64,000 nt of DNA from Candidatus Bathyarchaeota archaeon (GCA_963827165.1 CAWGZR010000012.1:32001-96000); one strand, 5' to 3'. Shown: positions 1 to 10,954, counted from the stretch's first letter. A program made the numbers and translations. The notes: generated by a model not told the origin, from the letters alone.

Positions 1-235
1 AACGACTAATCAGAGAGAAGTCCGCATTTCGCCATCACAATAAATTCGCGTTAGATTCTTTTTGCGTCAGACGGTTACTCCATAGGCCGGTAATCTTTCA
101 ATTCATGTGATCTTTCTTTTGCGGTACAATTTTTTTAGGCTTCAAAATACATGTTTGAAACTTTAAAACAAACAAAAGATGATTTATAAAGCCAGCGATC
201 GTAAAGAAAGCAAAAAGGGAGAGAATTAGCCTCGG

Positions 236-1105
236 ATGTTTAGCCAAAAAAGCAAGGCAGTGCTTTTTACAATTCTGGCTGGTGCACTTTGGGGCACCTC
301 TTTTCCAATCATTAAGATTGGCTTGGCGTATACCGACCCGTTTGCTTTCCTATTTTGGCGCTTCCTAGTCTCCTCTGTCGCGTTGGTCGCGGTGATGTTG
401 CTTCTTAGAAAGCTTGAATTCAAAAAGGGAGACGTCAAACTATTGGTTTTCCTGGGCATCGCAAACGGCGCCGGCTACCTCCTACAGTATGTAGGCATGA
501 ATTACACTACGGCGGCGAAGGCCGCGCTTTTCATAAACTTAAGCGCCATGTGGGTTGCGCTTTTAAGCCCTAAACTGCTGGGTGAACGTTTCTCAAAAAT
601 AAAAATTGTCGGTGTCCTCTTCGGGTTGGTCGGCATCGTGTTTGTGAGCACTAACTTGGATTTTCAAAGTTTAATGGGTGGGCAAATAGTCGGCGACTTG
701 ATGCTTGTGGTTTCAGGCGTCGCCTGGGCGGTTTTTATGGTTTACAATAAACGTCTGCTCAACATTTCGACTTCGGCGACATTCCAATCTATGACTTGGG
801 TTCTTGTCTTCACTATGCTTTCGATTTTGCCGTTTTCTTTTTTGGCGGGCTCAAGGTTTTTCGCATTAAGTTTGACTGCTTGGTTGGGGGTTTTTTACAC
901 GGCTATTGTCTGCTGGGTTTTACCGTATTATCTTTGGCTTGAAGGGCTCAAACACCTGTCAGCCTCTACATCCACGGTTCTTCTTCTTTCTGAAATTGTA
1001 ATTGCGGTTGTTTTGTCAATTCTGGTGCTCAAGGAACCAGTTACCATTTTCTCTACGATTGGTGCCTTTTTCATAGTAGTCGCGATCGCGCTTGTTTCGC
1101 GCTGA
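236..1105 (+). CDS. EamA/DMT-family transporter
   Basis: 289 aa, ~10 TM in two repeats, LWGTSF and LLGERFS/VLKEP motifs. Confidence 0.9.
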   Translation: MFSQKSKAVLFTILAGALWGTSFPIIKIGLAYTDPFAFLFWRFLVSSVALVAVMLLLRKLEFKKGDVKLLVFLGIANGAGYLLQYVGMNYTTAAKAALFINLSAMWVALLSPKLLGERFSKIKIVGVLFGLVGIVFVSTNLDFQSLMGGQIVGDLMLVVSGVAWAVFMVYNKRLLNISTSATFQSMTWVLVFTMLSILPFSFLAGSRFFALSLTAWLGVFYTAIVCWVLPYYLWLEGLKHLSASTSTVLLLSEIVIAVVLSILVLKEPVTIFSTIGAFFIVVAIALVSR

Positions 1106-1214
1106 ATTCTCGTTATTTAGCGCTATAAAAGTTGCAAGGTAAGCATGCGTGCGTTCTTTGGCTTAAACTTAAATACATAAAGCATGAAAATATGGCTGGG
1201 GAGAAAACAAAAAA

Positions 1215-2051
1215 ATGGCGAAAAGATTAACAATGATCTTAGTTGCTGTAATGCTTATTGTCGGCTTTGGAATAGGTCTCGTTGCTAGCCCGTTCATTGT
1301 CGCAACGAACAACTCTGGCACTGACACAGTGTGGACAAATATTGAGAAAAGAGGATACATCAACGTGGGGTCAGACCCAAGCTGGCCTCCGTACGAGAAC
1401 TTATCAGATACAGGCCAAATCGTCGGGTTCGAAGTTGACTTGGCAAACGCATGCGCACAACAATTGGGATTGACTATTCATTGGCATGATGTAAGCTTCG
1501 ACGATATAATAACGGAAGTTCAGGATGGACAACTTGACATGGGTGTTAGCGGCTTTTCAGTTACGCCGGACAGACTTAACAGCGTCGCATTCACTATTCC
1601 GCACAGCACAACAGAAGCTCAACTTATCATGCTTTCAAGCGAAGTCAGTAAATTGCACATAACCAACAACACCATAACTTCACTTGCTAGCGTCAAAAGC
1701 CTAAGCTTAACCGTTGGAACACAAGACGGAACAACCGAGCAACAAGAGCTCCAAACCGCTGGAGTATCGATGAATTCATGGGATAGCTTTGCTACTGCGA
1801 TTCAAGATATGGCGAGCGCCAACCCAAGTGTTCAGGCAGTTTACGCTGAGACACCAATAACAACCCAATGGATTGCTCAGTACGCATCGCAAGGTGTTCC
1901 AATCAGTGTTGTTTACGAGCATCCGTACTACCCATGTGCATTCGTAGTTGACAAAAACGCCCAGACCTTCCTTGCAAAATTCGACGGAGCAATAACGACA
2001 ATAATCAGCACAGGACAAATGGACCAGTTAAAAGCCAAATGGAACGCTTAA
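1215..2051 (+). CDS. Polar amino-acid ABC transporter substrate-binding protein
   Basis: N-terminal anchor; PPYE, GFEVDLA, SVTPDR (SBP_bac_3-like); heads permease/ATPase operon. Confidence 0.88.
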   Translation: MAKRLTMILVAVMLIVGFGIGLVASPFIVATNNSGTDTVWTNIEKRGYINVGSDPSWPPYENLSDTGQIVGFEVDLANACAQQLGLTIHWHDVSFDDIITEVQDGQLDMGVSGFSVTPDRLNSVAFTIPHSTTEAQLIMLSSEVSKLHITNNTITSLASVKSLSLTVGTQDGTTEQQELQTAGVSMNSWDSFATAIQDMASANPSVQAVYAETPITTQWIAQYASQGVPISVVYEHPYYPCAFVVDKNAQTFLAKFDGAITTIISTGQMDQLKAKWNA

Positions 2052-2068
2052 GCAAAGCGTGATTAATA

Positions 2069-2719
2069 TTGGACGTTTGGCAATCCCTGATCTATATCTT
2101 AGAGGGACTTCCCCTCACTTTTTCCATTTCTATAATCGCTTTTATTGCGGGTCTAGCAATTGGTTTGCCGCTTGCATTTATAAGAGTATATGAAAAAGAC
2201 CTGAGCTTTGTGGTTGATGCTTACGAGAAGGTTTTTAGAGGAATTCCAGAACTTGTACTCATGCTGCTGTTTTGCTTCGGATTAGGATATTACTTCCCAG
2301 TACCTTTCGCTAACCCATTCTTTACAGCCACCTTCGTTTTAGGCTTAAGAAGCGGTGCTAATCAATCACAGATTTTTAGAGGAGCCATTCGAGGCATTGG
2401 TGACGAACAGATGATTGCTGCACAATCAGGCGGTTTCTCGAAATGGCAATCCATATGGCATGTTATGGTTCCCCAAGTTTTGGCTTATTCGACGCCAGGC
2501 TTAGGGAGCGAGTACGCTTTACTAATCAAGGACTCAGCGTATGCTTGGGTCATTGGTGTTTTAGAGATGATGAAAAGAGCAGAATTACTTTCTGTCCAGA
2601 CCTCTAATCTGGTAGTACCTTTCACATTTACCCTTCTGATTTATGTAGCGATTACTTTCCCCATAGCTCAATGGCTTGACAGATGGGGAAATAGAAGAAG
2701 GAAAAAAATGGGGCTATAG
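2069..2719 (+). CDS. Amino-acid ABC permease
   Basis: FRGIPELV, EAA-like loop, LIKDSA. Confidence 0.88.
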   Translation: MDVWQSLIYILEGLPLTFSISIIAFIAGLAIGLPLAFIRVYEKDLSFVVDAYEKVFRGIPELVLMLLFCFGLGYYFPVPFANPFFTATFVLGLRSGANQSQIFRGAIRGIGDEQMIAAQSGGFSKWQSIWHVMVPQVLAYSTPGLGSEYALLIKDSAYAWVIGVLEMMKRAELLSVQTSNLVVPFTFTLLIYVAITFPIAQWLDRWGNRRRKKMGL

Positions 2720-2722
2720 AAT

Positions 2723-3475
2723 ATGACTGATATTGTAATGGAAGCTAGAGACGTCTGCAAGAAATATGAAAAGCTAGAAGCAGTAAAGCATGTTTCAATG
2801 CAAATTCGCAAAGGAGACATAAAATTAATCTTTGGGCCAAGTGGCTCTGGAAAAAGCACTTTTCTACGTTGTATGGCCATGCTAACGACGCCCGATTCAG
2901 GCGAAATCTACCTTGGGGAACAATGCCTAACCACTCCAGGTGTGGATTTAAATAAAGCACGTGCGAGAATTGGCTTTGTTTTCCAGCATATTTACCTTTT
3001 CAGGCATCTTACCGCTTTGGGGAACGTTGAGTTGTCGCTCAGGCATGTGCTAAAATTGCCAAAAGAAGAAGCTCGAAACCGTGCTTTAGCTGCAATCAAG
3101 GAAGTGAACGTGTTCGATTGCATCAACAAGTATCCTTCTCAAATGTCTGGGGGGCAGCAACAGAGAGTAGGCATTGCACGCGCAATAGCTCGCAATCCAG
3201 ACATTATCCTACTTGATGAGCCGACGTCTGCGTTGGACCCGGAACTGACCGGTGAAGTCATCGACACATTGCGTGACTTAGCTAACGAAGGAACCACCAT
3301 GCTCATCGTTAGTCATGAAATGCCGTTTGCCCGTGAAGTAGCGGAAGAAATGATATTTTATGATCAAGGCACGATTGTAGAGACTGGTACACCTGAAATA
3401 TTCTTCAATCATCCCACGAGTGAACGCGCGCAAAAATTCATGACAAGAATAATCAAGAGGACGATGCGTGAATAG
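2723..3475 (+). CDS. Amino-acid ABC ATPase (GlnQ-like)
   Basis: GPSGSGKS, MSGGQQQRV, LLDEPTSALDPE, VSHEM. Confidence 0.92.
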   Translation: MTDIVMEARDVCKKYEKLEAVKHVSMQIRKGDIKLIFGPSGSGKSTFLRCMAMLTTPDSGEIYLGEQCLTTPGVDLNKARARIGFVFQHIYLFRHLTALGNVELSLRHVLKLPKEEARNRALAAIKEVNVFDCINKYPSQMSGGQQQRVGIARAIARNPDIILLDEPTSALDPELTGEVIDTLRDLANEGTTMLIVSHEMPFAREVAEEMIFYDQGTIVETGTPEIFFNHPTSERAQKFMTRIIKRTMRE

Positions 3476-3479
3476 CTAA

Positions 3480-4157
3480 ATGTTTGATCAATTTGGGTTC
3501 ATTTCGCAATTCTATCCGCAAATCCTGCAAGGTTTCACATTAACCTTAGAGATAACTGCGTTTGGTGTAACTTTTGGCTTATTGTTGGGAACATTGCTGG
3601 CAATAGGCGACATTTATGGAAACAAGGCTGCCCGAAGTGTCATGAGCGTGTATGTAGAACTTTTTAGAGGAAGCCCACTTTTTGTCCAGCTTTTCTTAGC
3701 CGTCTACGGGATACCTGCCATTGTGCATATTCCAATTAACCATTATCTATTGGCGTTTTTGGTTTTCGGGTTGAACAGTGCCGCCTACCAGAAAGGCTAC
3801 ATGAAGGGTGCTATAGAAGCGATTTACGGGGATCAGATGGACGCGGGTCTTTCGACAGGGATGTCAAAAACACAAACTTTATTGCATGTGATTCTTCCAC
3901 AGGCCTATCGAATAGTCATCCCTTCGTGGACTAACGAGTTCTGTTCTTTAACAAAAAGTTCATCCGCGCTTGCATGGGTGGGAATATTTGATTTGACGGC
4001 GGCGGGAGTAGAAATAACGGGAATATATTATGTAGTGCTTCCCGTTTGGATTGTGATAGGCGTCATCTACTTAATTTGGATCTCCGCCATTGCTAAGGTG
4101 TTTGACTACCTTTATGAAAAATGGAAGATTCCTGGCATTGAACTAAATATGCAGTAG
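3480..4157 (+). CDS. Amino-acid ABC permease
   Basis: FRGSPLFVQL, VILPQAYR, LTKSSS. Confidence 0.88.
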   Translation: MFDQFGFISQFYPQILQGFTLTLEITAFGVTFGLLLGTLLAIGDIYGNKAARSVMSVYVELFRGSPLFVQLFLAVYGIPAIVHIPINHYLLAFLVFGLNSAAYQKGYMKGAIEAIYGDQMDAGLSTGMSKTQTLLHVILPQAYRIVIPSWTNEFCSLTKSSSALAWVGIFDLTAAGVEITGIYYVVLPVWIVIGVIYLIWISAIAKVFDYLYEKWKIPGIELNMQ

Positions 4158-4161
4158 GGCC

Positions 4162-4737
4162 TTAGGCTTTCAATTTTCTCATTAGCCACGCCATATTTCT
4201 ACCCAGGTCATCCATGGTTTTCAATGCTTCTTCGTCTTTGTCGATTTCTCCCTTCTTGTTTGCTATGCCGATGTTCCAGTACGAGCTGCCTGGAACAATC
4301 ATCTGATTGATAAGGAAGAAATGGTTGATTGCGTCGAAAGTCGTCATAGCGCCTACGCGTCGGGCAACAGCGACTGCTGCTCCAACCTTGAATCTTAATG
4401 CGTCTGGCGTGGCTCGGCAAACGAATCCCGCTCGGTCAATAAGCGCCTTCATCTCAGGCGACATCATCCCAAAATAAGTTGGCGACCCCAAAATCAGGCC
4501 GTCAGCCGCCAACATCTTTTGAATGTAATCGTTAACTTTGTCAGTGGTGATTGAGCAGCGCTGATTCTTCGTTTCAAAACATGCGCGGCAGGCTGAGCAA
4601 CCTTGGATTTGCTCACCCGCAAGCTGAATCAACTCAGTTTCTATGCCTTCCGCCTCAAGAACACTGAGGACACGTTTCAGAAGCACCCAGGTGTTTCCGT
4701 CTTTCCGCGCGCTCCCATTAAAAGCAACAACTTTCAT
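4162..4737 (-). CDS. Iron-sulfur flavoprotein / NADPH-dependent FMN reductase family
   Basis: GSARKDGNT, CxxCxxC..C, GSPTYFG; ATG at 4737 (MKVVAF). Confidence 0.88.
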   Translation of the reverse strand: MKVVAFNGSARKDGNTWVLLKRVLSVLEAEGIETELIQLAGEQIQGCSACRACFETKNQRCSITTDKVNDYIQKMLAADGLILGSPTYFGMMSPEMKALIDRAGFVCRATPDALRFKVGAAVAVARRVGAMTTFDAINHFFLINQMIVPGSSYWNIGIANKKGEIDKDEEALKTMDDLGRNMAWLMRKLKA

Positions 4738-4825
4738 TTCAGCAAGCCTCAATCCTTACTCATTGAAAATTAAGATAAAAAAGTAGCGGCAAAGAAATCC
4801 CAAGCTTACTTATGCTTTGACAACG

Positions 4826-6154
4826 CTAGTCTAAGTGGTAAGCTTCTTCTCCATGTTGACTCATGTCTAAACCATCTTCTTCCTCTTTGGGGCTGACTCT
4901 GAGCGGCGAGAACCGATCAACTACTTTCAACAGAGCGAAGGTGCCGCAGAACGCGAAGGCAGACACAACCCCTATCGCGAGAAGCTGAACCGCAAGCTGG
5001 TGAACATTGCCATAAATTAAGCCTGAAATTCCAGGGGTAACCGCTGTAGTCGCGAACAAACCAATCGATATTGCACCTATTATTCCGCCGATTCCGTGGC
5101 AAGCGAAGACATCCAGCGAATCATCAATTCTCGATCTTCCAGCCCGCCAGTTAGCCACCAAGTTTGAGATTACTCCAGCAGCCAACCCGATAACTACCGC
5201 AGCCCAAAAACTAACGTACCCTGAAGCCGCCGTAATCGCCGCCAAACCGCAGACCGCTCCGACCGCGATGCCGATTGCCGAAGGCTTTCCTTTGATCAGC
5301 CAATCCATCATCATCCAGCTAACCGCCGCTGCTGCCGCCGCCAAGTTAGTTACAACAACCGCTGAAACCGCGATGCTGTTAGCTGCCAATGCACTTCCGC
5401 CGTTAAACCCAAACCAGCCGAACCACAACAAACCCGCCCCCAAAATCACGTAAGGGATGTTGGTTGGCTTGAACTCTGAACCCATAGGCACGGTTTTGTT
5501 GGTGCCTTTTTGGTCTAAGGATTTAAGCTGGTCTTTCCAGTAAACGCAGCCTTGTCGTCTCCCCAGAACGAGCGCTGCTGCTAGTGCAGACACACCGGCA
5601 GCAATGTGAACAACTATTCCACCTGCGAAGTCCACGGCCCCGAGTGCATGTAGCCAACCGTTTGGATTCCATATCCACATAGCGATTGGCGAATAAATTA
5701 GGGTTGACCACAAAACGACAAAGATTAGAAGCGCCTTAAAACGGATTCTTTCCGCGCATGCCCCGAGAATCAGTGCTGGAGTGATTGCCGCAAATTTAAG
5801 TTGGAACGCGAAGAACAATATTTCGGGAATGGCTGACGCAGACGGGTAGATGCTTGTAAGGGTTATGTTGTTCAATCCGAAAAGTGATAGGTTGCCTATG
5901 ACGCCGCCTACGCTTGGTCCGTAGACGAGGCTGTAACCCCAAAAGAACCAGACGAGGCTTACCACAGCAAAGATTATCATGCACTGTACGAGCGTGGAGA
6001 CAAGGTTTTTTCTTCTGACTAAGCCGCCGTAGAAGAAAGCCAACGCTGGCGTCATCAGCATTACGAGTGCTGTTGACATTAGCACCCATGCTATGTCTGC
6101 TGCTCCCACATTTGTCCCCTCGACAGCGTCCTTATAGCTTATTTGTCCATCCAT
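4826..6154 (-). CDS. amtB: Ammonium transporter (paralog 1)
   Basis: DFAGGIVVH, WFGWFGFNGGS, DDSLDVFACHG, HGEEAY. Confidence 0.96.
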   Translation of the reverse strand: MDGQISYKDAVEGTNVGAADIAWVLMSTALVMLMTPALAFFYGGLVRRKNLVSTLVQCMIIFAVVSLVWFFWGYSLVYGPSVGGVIGNLSLFGLNNITLTSIYPSASAIPEILFFAFQLKFAAITPALILGACAERIRFKALLIFVVLWSTLIYSPIAMWIWNPNGWLHALGAVDFAGGIVVHIAAGVSALAAALVLGRRQGCVYWKDQLKSLDQKGTNKTVPMGSEFKPTNIPYVILGAGLLWFGWFGFNGGSALAANSIAVSAVVVTNLAAAAAAVSWMMMDWLIKGKPSAIGIAVGAVCGLAAITAASGYVSFWAAVVIGLAAGVISNLVANWRAGRSRIDDSLDVFACHGIGGIIGAISIGLFATTAVTPGISGLIYGNVHQLAVQLLAIGVVSAFAFCGTFALLKVVDRFSPLRVSPKEEEDGLDMSQHGEEAYHLD

Positions 6155-6196
6155 TTCGGCGAACTAATATTTAAACTATGCATTCGCATCGATTGC

Positions 6197-6327
6197 AGAC
6201 TTAAATATCGACAAATGTCCAATCAGCATGCTCAATAAAAATGAAAGTCATTAAACAATCAAACAAAAAAAGACTTAACCGCGACAAAATTGTCTAAAAT
6301 AAACCACGCAAACTTGAAAATTGTCAA
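6197..6327. promoter_or_regulatory. amtB1 promoter with repeated GACA-N(2-4)-TGTC palindromes
   Basis: AGACTTAAATATCGACAAATGTC 6197-6219, AGACTTAACCGCGACAAAATTGTC 6271-6294, TTGAAAATTGTCAA 6314-6327; minus-strand TATA-like ATATTTAA 6201-6208. Confidence 0.45.
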
Positions 6328-6388
6328 ATGACCCGAAAAACAACAAATTGCAAAAAACGCAAAAATAAAAAAGCTTGCTAGGCAAAGC

Positions 6389-7690
6389 CTAGTCAAGCTG
6401 GTATGCTTCTTCGCCGTGTTCGCTCATGTCTAAGCCTGCGTCCTCCGCTTCCTCGCTTACTCTCAGCGGCGAAAACACGTTCACCAGCTTAAGCAGCCCG
6501 TAGGAGCCGAAGAACGCAAACGGTACCACTATTCCTATCGCTGCTAACTGGACGAGGAATTGATGCACGTTTCCGAAGATCAAGCCGCTTGCACCATTTA
6601 TGGCAGCTGATGCGAATATTCCTGTTGCGATTGAGCCCCAGATTCCGCCGATGCCGTGGCATGCGAAGACATCCAATGCATCATCTATTCTGGATCTGCC
6701 TGCTCTCCAGTTTGCTACTGAATTAGAGATGATGCCGCCTATCAAGCCGATTATAAGCGCCGAACCTGCACTGACATAGCCCGAGGCAGGCGTAATGACG
6801 ACGAGCCCAACTACTGCGCCCGTAGCCATTCCTATCGCAGTTGGTTTTCCCTTCCTGACCCAGTCAGCCAACATCCAACTTACCGCCGCCGCAGCCGCTG
6901 CCAGATTCGTAGTTACAAGTGCCGAGACAGCCAAGTTGTTTGCGGCTAATGCGCTGCCTGCATTGAAGCCGAACCACCCGAACCACAACAGCGCTGCACC
7001 CAATAGCACGTAGGGGATGTTTGTCGGCTTAAACTCTTCTGCATGATCCTTTTTGTCTAATGCTTTCATGTGACTTTGCCACGGAACAGCGCAGCCTTTT
7101 CTCCTTCCCACGACTAGCGCCGCCGCCAAAGCTGATATGCCCGAGGAAATGTGCACAACTATTCCGCCTGCAAAGTCGATTGCGCCAAGATGATTAATCC
7201 CAAGCCACCCGTTTGGGTTCCATACCCAGCAGGCTATGGGCGCGTAAATCAGGGTTGACCAGAGAACTATGAAGATTAAGAGTGATTTGAAACGGATTCT
7301 TTCTGCGCAGGCGCCCACGATTAAAGCAGGTGTGATGGCTGCGAACTTTAGTTGGAATGCGAAATAAAGCAGTTCGGGGATTTTGGGGGCAAGTTGCGTG
7401 TTAATTGCGTTTATGCTTAAGCCGTTTAAGCCCAGCAAACTCGGGTTGAACCCGATTAAGCCGGTGCTCGAGGTTCCGAAGACGAGCATGTATCCCCAAA
7501 GAGCCCAGACTATGCTTACAACTGCGAATATTATGAAGCACTGGGCGATGGTTGATACGAGGTTCTTTTTTCTAACTAAGCCGCCGTAGAAGAATCCAAG
7601 CGCGGGGGTCATTAGCATGACTAGGGCTGTTGCGGTTATTACCCACGCAATGCTTCCCGGGTCTGTGCCTGTGGTTGCTATGCTTGACAT
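6389..7690 (-). CDS. amtB: Ammonium transporter (paralog 2)
   Basis: Same Amt motifs; clearly paralogous to 4826-6154. Confidence 0.96.
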   Translation of the reverse strand: MSSIATTGTDPGSIAWVITATALVMLMTPALGFFYGGLVRKKNLVSTIAQCFIIFAVVSIVWALWGYMLVFGTSSTGLIGFNPSLLGLNGLSINAINTQLAPKIPELLYFAFQLKFAAITPALIVGACAERIRFKSLLIFIVLWSTLIYAPIACWVWNPNGWLGINHLGAIDFAGGIVVHISSGISALAAALVVGRRKGCAVPWQSHMKALDKKDHAEEFKPTNIPYVLLGAALLWFGWFGFNAGSALAANNLAVSALVTTNLAAAAAAVSWMLADWVRKGKPTAIGMATGAVVGLVVITPASGYVSAGSALIIGLIGGIISNSVANWRAGRSRIDDALDVFACHGIGGIWGSIATGIFASAAINGASGLIFGNVHQFLVQLAAIGIVVPFAFFGSYGLLKLVNVFSPLRVSEEAEDAGLDMSEHGEEAYQLD

Positions 7691-8084
7691 TTCTCACCAA
7701 TCCTTTTTGACAATCGTTTGACTAGCTGAATTTTTACCTCTACAGCTACACAAAGTTATATTTAAAAGCTGTGCATATGAGACGTGTTTCATCAATGAAT
7801 TGGGTGATTGTCGATTTAACATGCTGTTTGCAGCTTGTTCATCCAATTTTTTATCCACACAGCATCCTGCGCTAGAAAATCGTCCAAAAATAACGTCTAA
7901 ACTGGAAGTTTGCAACCCATGGAAAACCAAGCCAAATCCGCTATCTTACCCAAATATACAGATTCAAATAAAAAATGCCCCGCGCAAATGGCCAGCTTCA
8001 AAGTGAAGAAAACCCGTTTTTTCGTCGATGCACAAAACCCTTATTACTTTTCGACCCCTTCTTTGCTGGAAAAGGGCTCGTCAG

Positions 8085-8990
8085 ATGAAATTTGGCACAT
8101 ATACCTTCAAACCTGAAAAAGCAGTAGGTTTTGATTTTCACGTACTCCGCGTCAAAATCGAAACTGGAGCAAAGCAAAAACCGCTACGAGACATGTACAG
8201 CAACGTCGCCGTTTTCGCTGACAACGCCGCAGTCGAAACACATTCCGACTGGGTATCCCAATCGCCCACTGGACAAGCAAAGATTGGAAACAACAACCTC
8301 AACATCTGGTGGAACATCGTTTGCGCCACTCAGCCTCAACATAGAGCCCAGCAGCTCGACTACATCGCCCAAGTAGATCAGCAGTCGCCGGGCATATGGC
8401 TAACCAACCAGTATTTTGCCGACCAAGGATACTGCACCTGCCCAAGATGTCAAGAACTCTGGAAAAAAAGCGGGTTGGGCTGGATGGATTGGCGTCGACG
8501 CGAAGTCACCGATTATATCGCTCAAATCCGCGACCGCGTCAAAAACGAGTTGGTCTTGTGCATACAGCCGGATCCCGTAAACTCTTTGGAGCGTTATGGC
8601 GTGGACTTTGATGATTTCGCCAAATACGCCGACAAATTCTGTGTTGTTATGTTCAGCAAAAACTACGCAACCCCTTGGTACTTTGAAATGTTGACCCGCG
8701 CCTTTAAAAAACTGCTCAAGAAACCCTTCTACGTTGCCCTCTACGTTTATGGTCCAGGCGACAACCCCAAAGACGTCCCAACCACACAGGAGCTGCTTGT
8801 CACAAGCGTACGTTGTGCACGGTCAGGCGCAGAAGGGCTGCTATACTTAACGGAAGGCGCGAGCCAAATCAGAAACTTCCAAAAAGAAGCAGTCGCCCAA
8901 ACCCAACTAATTGAAAAGTTGAGAACTTACGGCGACCAACCCGTACAGGAATACTTGGATCGGGTTGCAAGCTGGAAAAATTTCTTATAG
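8085..8990 (+). CDS. Hypothetical protein, possibly glycoside-hydrolase-like TIM barrel
   Basis: YCTCPRC and WMDWRRREVTDYI segments resemble GH-like DUF families; ATG at 8085. Confidence 0.45.
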   Translation: MKFGTYTFKPEKAVGFDFHVLRVKIETGAKQKPLRDMYSNVAVFADNAAVETHSDWVSQSPTGQAKIGNNNLNIWWNIVCATQPQHRAQQLDYIAQVDQQSPGIWLTNQYFADQGYCTCPRCQELWKKSGLGWMDWRRREVTDYIAQIRDRVKNELVLCIQPDPVNSLERYGVDFDDFAKYADKFCVVMFSKNYATPWYFEMLTRAFKKLLKKPFYVALYVYGPGDNPKDVPTTQELLVTSVRCARSGAEGLLYLTEGASQIRNFQKEAVAQTQLIEKLRTYGDQPVQEYLDRVASWKNFL

Positions 8991-9078
8991 CTTGCAGTTT
9001 TAGACGCTAAGGAATCAGAGTTCAATTAGCCAATCTTGAAAATGCCAAAATGAAACCCAAAAAAATGGCTGGAAAAAT

Positions 9079-9648
9079 CTATTCTTTTGGTTTTTCGTTG
9101 TGGTTTTCTGGTACGAAGACAGCTGCCGCGACTGTTGTTGTCCAGAGGCCGTTTTTGTCGCCTGCTGCTGACTGGGTTATGTTGGCTGTTTTGATGATTA
9201 GTCCTGTGGTCTTGAAGAGTTGTTTGCGTTCGTCCCAGGCGGTTTCAGGGTCAAACTGGATGCCCATGGTTGTTGCAAGCATTGTTGCTGCCAAATCCTC
9301 AGCGTAGTCTCCTGCGGTTTCGTCTGTTTGCCCGTAAGAGTGATGTTCGCTCAAGTAACCGTACTGGTCTTTACCGGAAGGGATGGCAACGCCGATCGAT
9401 GACGCTACGAGCCTGTGCGGTTCGTTGGTTGAGTTGCGTGCGATGACGACAAAGGTTATTTCGCCAGGCTGAATCATTTTCAAGCCTTTCTCGCGCGTCA
9501 ATTGCTCACATCCTGGCGGAACTATGCTGGATACGCTAACGAGGTTGCACATTTGGATGCCCGCGTCTCGTAGGGCTAATTCAAAAGATTGGAGTTGCTC
9601 TTTGTGTTTGCCAACTCCTTTTGTGAAAAAGAAGTATTTTGGTATCAT
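9079..9648 (-). CDS. pdaD: Pyruvoyl-dependent arginine decarboxylase
   Basis: [21 protein letters not shown] (Ser-Ser cleavage site), [17 protein letters not shown]. Confidence 0.9.
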   Translation of the reverse strand: MIPKYFFFTKGVGKHKEQLQSFELALRDAGIQMCNLVSVSSIVPPGCEQLTREKGLKMIQPGEITFVVIARNSTNEPHRLVASSIGVAIPSGKDQYGYLSEHHSYGQTDETAGDYAEDLAATMLATTMGIQFDPETAWDERKQLFKTTGLIIKTANITQSAAGDKNGLWTTTVAAAVFVPENHNEKPKE

Positions 9649-9937
9649 TTGGATTCGGAAAGAATGATTACAGTATGTATTTAAAAAGTTTCTTATCCCA
9701 AAGACCACGCCTCACGTCAAGTACACGCAAAGGCTAGGCGTGCGCGAAAACAATTTATTTTTTTCAGCCAGCGCTTACCATTCGCAGTTTGAAATGAAAG
9801 TTTTTGAAATTGGAGACTCTTGCATCTCTCAAATTTTTGGATCACCATCGGGTGACTACCGAGAAATTTACGAAATAGATTCCCGATCAGAAACAGGCAA
9901 CGGTGCAGAAGACAAAAAAAATTTACAAAGGAACCTC

Positions 9938-10954
9938 TTATTTTATGTTGCCAACCCGCATTTTATCGACCTCAGCTTTGCCAGGAACGGCAACCATTAT
10001 GTTCCTACTTAGAGCTATTTTGCCAAAGTTCACTTTTACCTCTGAAGTTTCAGCGTCAGAATAGAACGCTGTGAGTTTAGCTGCCCATTCGATTGCTTTC
10101 TTGGTTTTTGATCCCTGCAAAAGGGTGGTTGGACCCACAATATTTGGAAGTTCGAAAAAGAAGTCGAATGGTGCTTTAAGCTGTGTTAACGTTTTGTTTT
10201 CTGCCTGGTTTCTTCCTACTATTATCTTGTTTTTTCCAAGCCGAAAATGCCTGCCGACCCTGAGCAACTCAATATCGTGCGTTGAAACACGTTTCTTGTT
10301 GGCGAGAAGGTCACGTAGTTTCTTTGAGTATTCCTCGCATGTTAAAAGGCATCCGCCGGCAGGAGATGGGTAACTAGTAATTCCATATTCCTTGGCTAAA
10401 GCAAACTGGGGTTTGCGCGATCTACCCTGAATACTGAGAAGCTTAGCCCGGTTAACAAACCCTTTTCTTTCCGCTGCGGTTTCAGGAAGTAACTTCGCCG
10501 AGAGCGGACGCAAAAGTTTGCCTTTCAACCCTGAGTCTACTTCGATTATTCGTAAGGCGGGGTAATGCTGGGATTTGGGTCTTTCGCCTAGAACTTCCCC
10601 TGTGAAAATGAAGCCTGCGCCGATTTCATTGGCATATTTTTTTGCTTTTCTAATCATGAATATTTTGCAGTCGATGCAGGGATTCATGTTTTTGCCATAG
10701 CCGTACTTTGGGTTGCGAAGCATCCGTAAATAATCTTTATCGACGCGAAGTACCTTGAGAGGAACTTTTAGTTGGTCTGCTGCTTGCTGTGCCTCGCTGG
10801 TTCCGTCCTTCTTCGGGACACAAAACGGGGTTTTAACATTGAATGCAACCACTTCGATCCCTTGTCTGCCGATAAGTTCCACTGCAAGGATGCTGTCTAA
10901 ACCGCCTGAAAGTAAACCTAAAGCCTTAACCTTCGCCGTCATCGCCAATAGCAT
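9938..10954 (-). CDS. ThiI/MnmA-like PP-loop tRNA thiolation protein
   Basis: SGGLDS PP-loop, NPCIDCK, TGEVLGERPKSQ, PAGGCLLT, VGRHFR. Confidence 0.8.
   Translation of the reverse strand: MLLAMTAKVKALGLLSGGLDSILAVELIGRQGIEVVAFNVKTPFCVPKKDGTSEAQQAADQLKVPLKVLRVDKDYLRMLRNPKYGYGKNMNPCIDCKIFMIRKAKKYANEIGAGFIFTGEVLGERPKSQHYPALRIIEVDSGLKGKLLRPLSAKLLPETAAERKGFVNRAKLLSIQGRSRKPQFALAKEYGITSYPSPAGGCLLTCEEYSKKLRDLLANKKRVSTHDIELLRVGRHFRLGKNKIIVGRNQAENKTLTQLKAPFDFFFELPNIVGPTTLLQGSKTKKAIEWAAKLTAFYSDAETSEVKVNFGKIALSRNIMVAVPGKAEVDKMRVGNIK

Noticed and set aside
4826-7690. Assembly duplication of amtB
   Set aside because: Copies differ at many synonymous and amino-acid positions, so they are true paralogs
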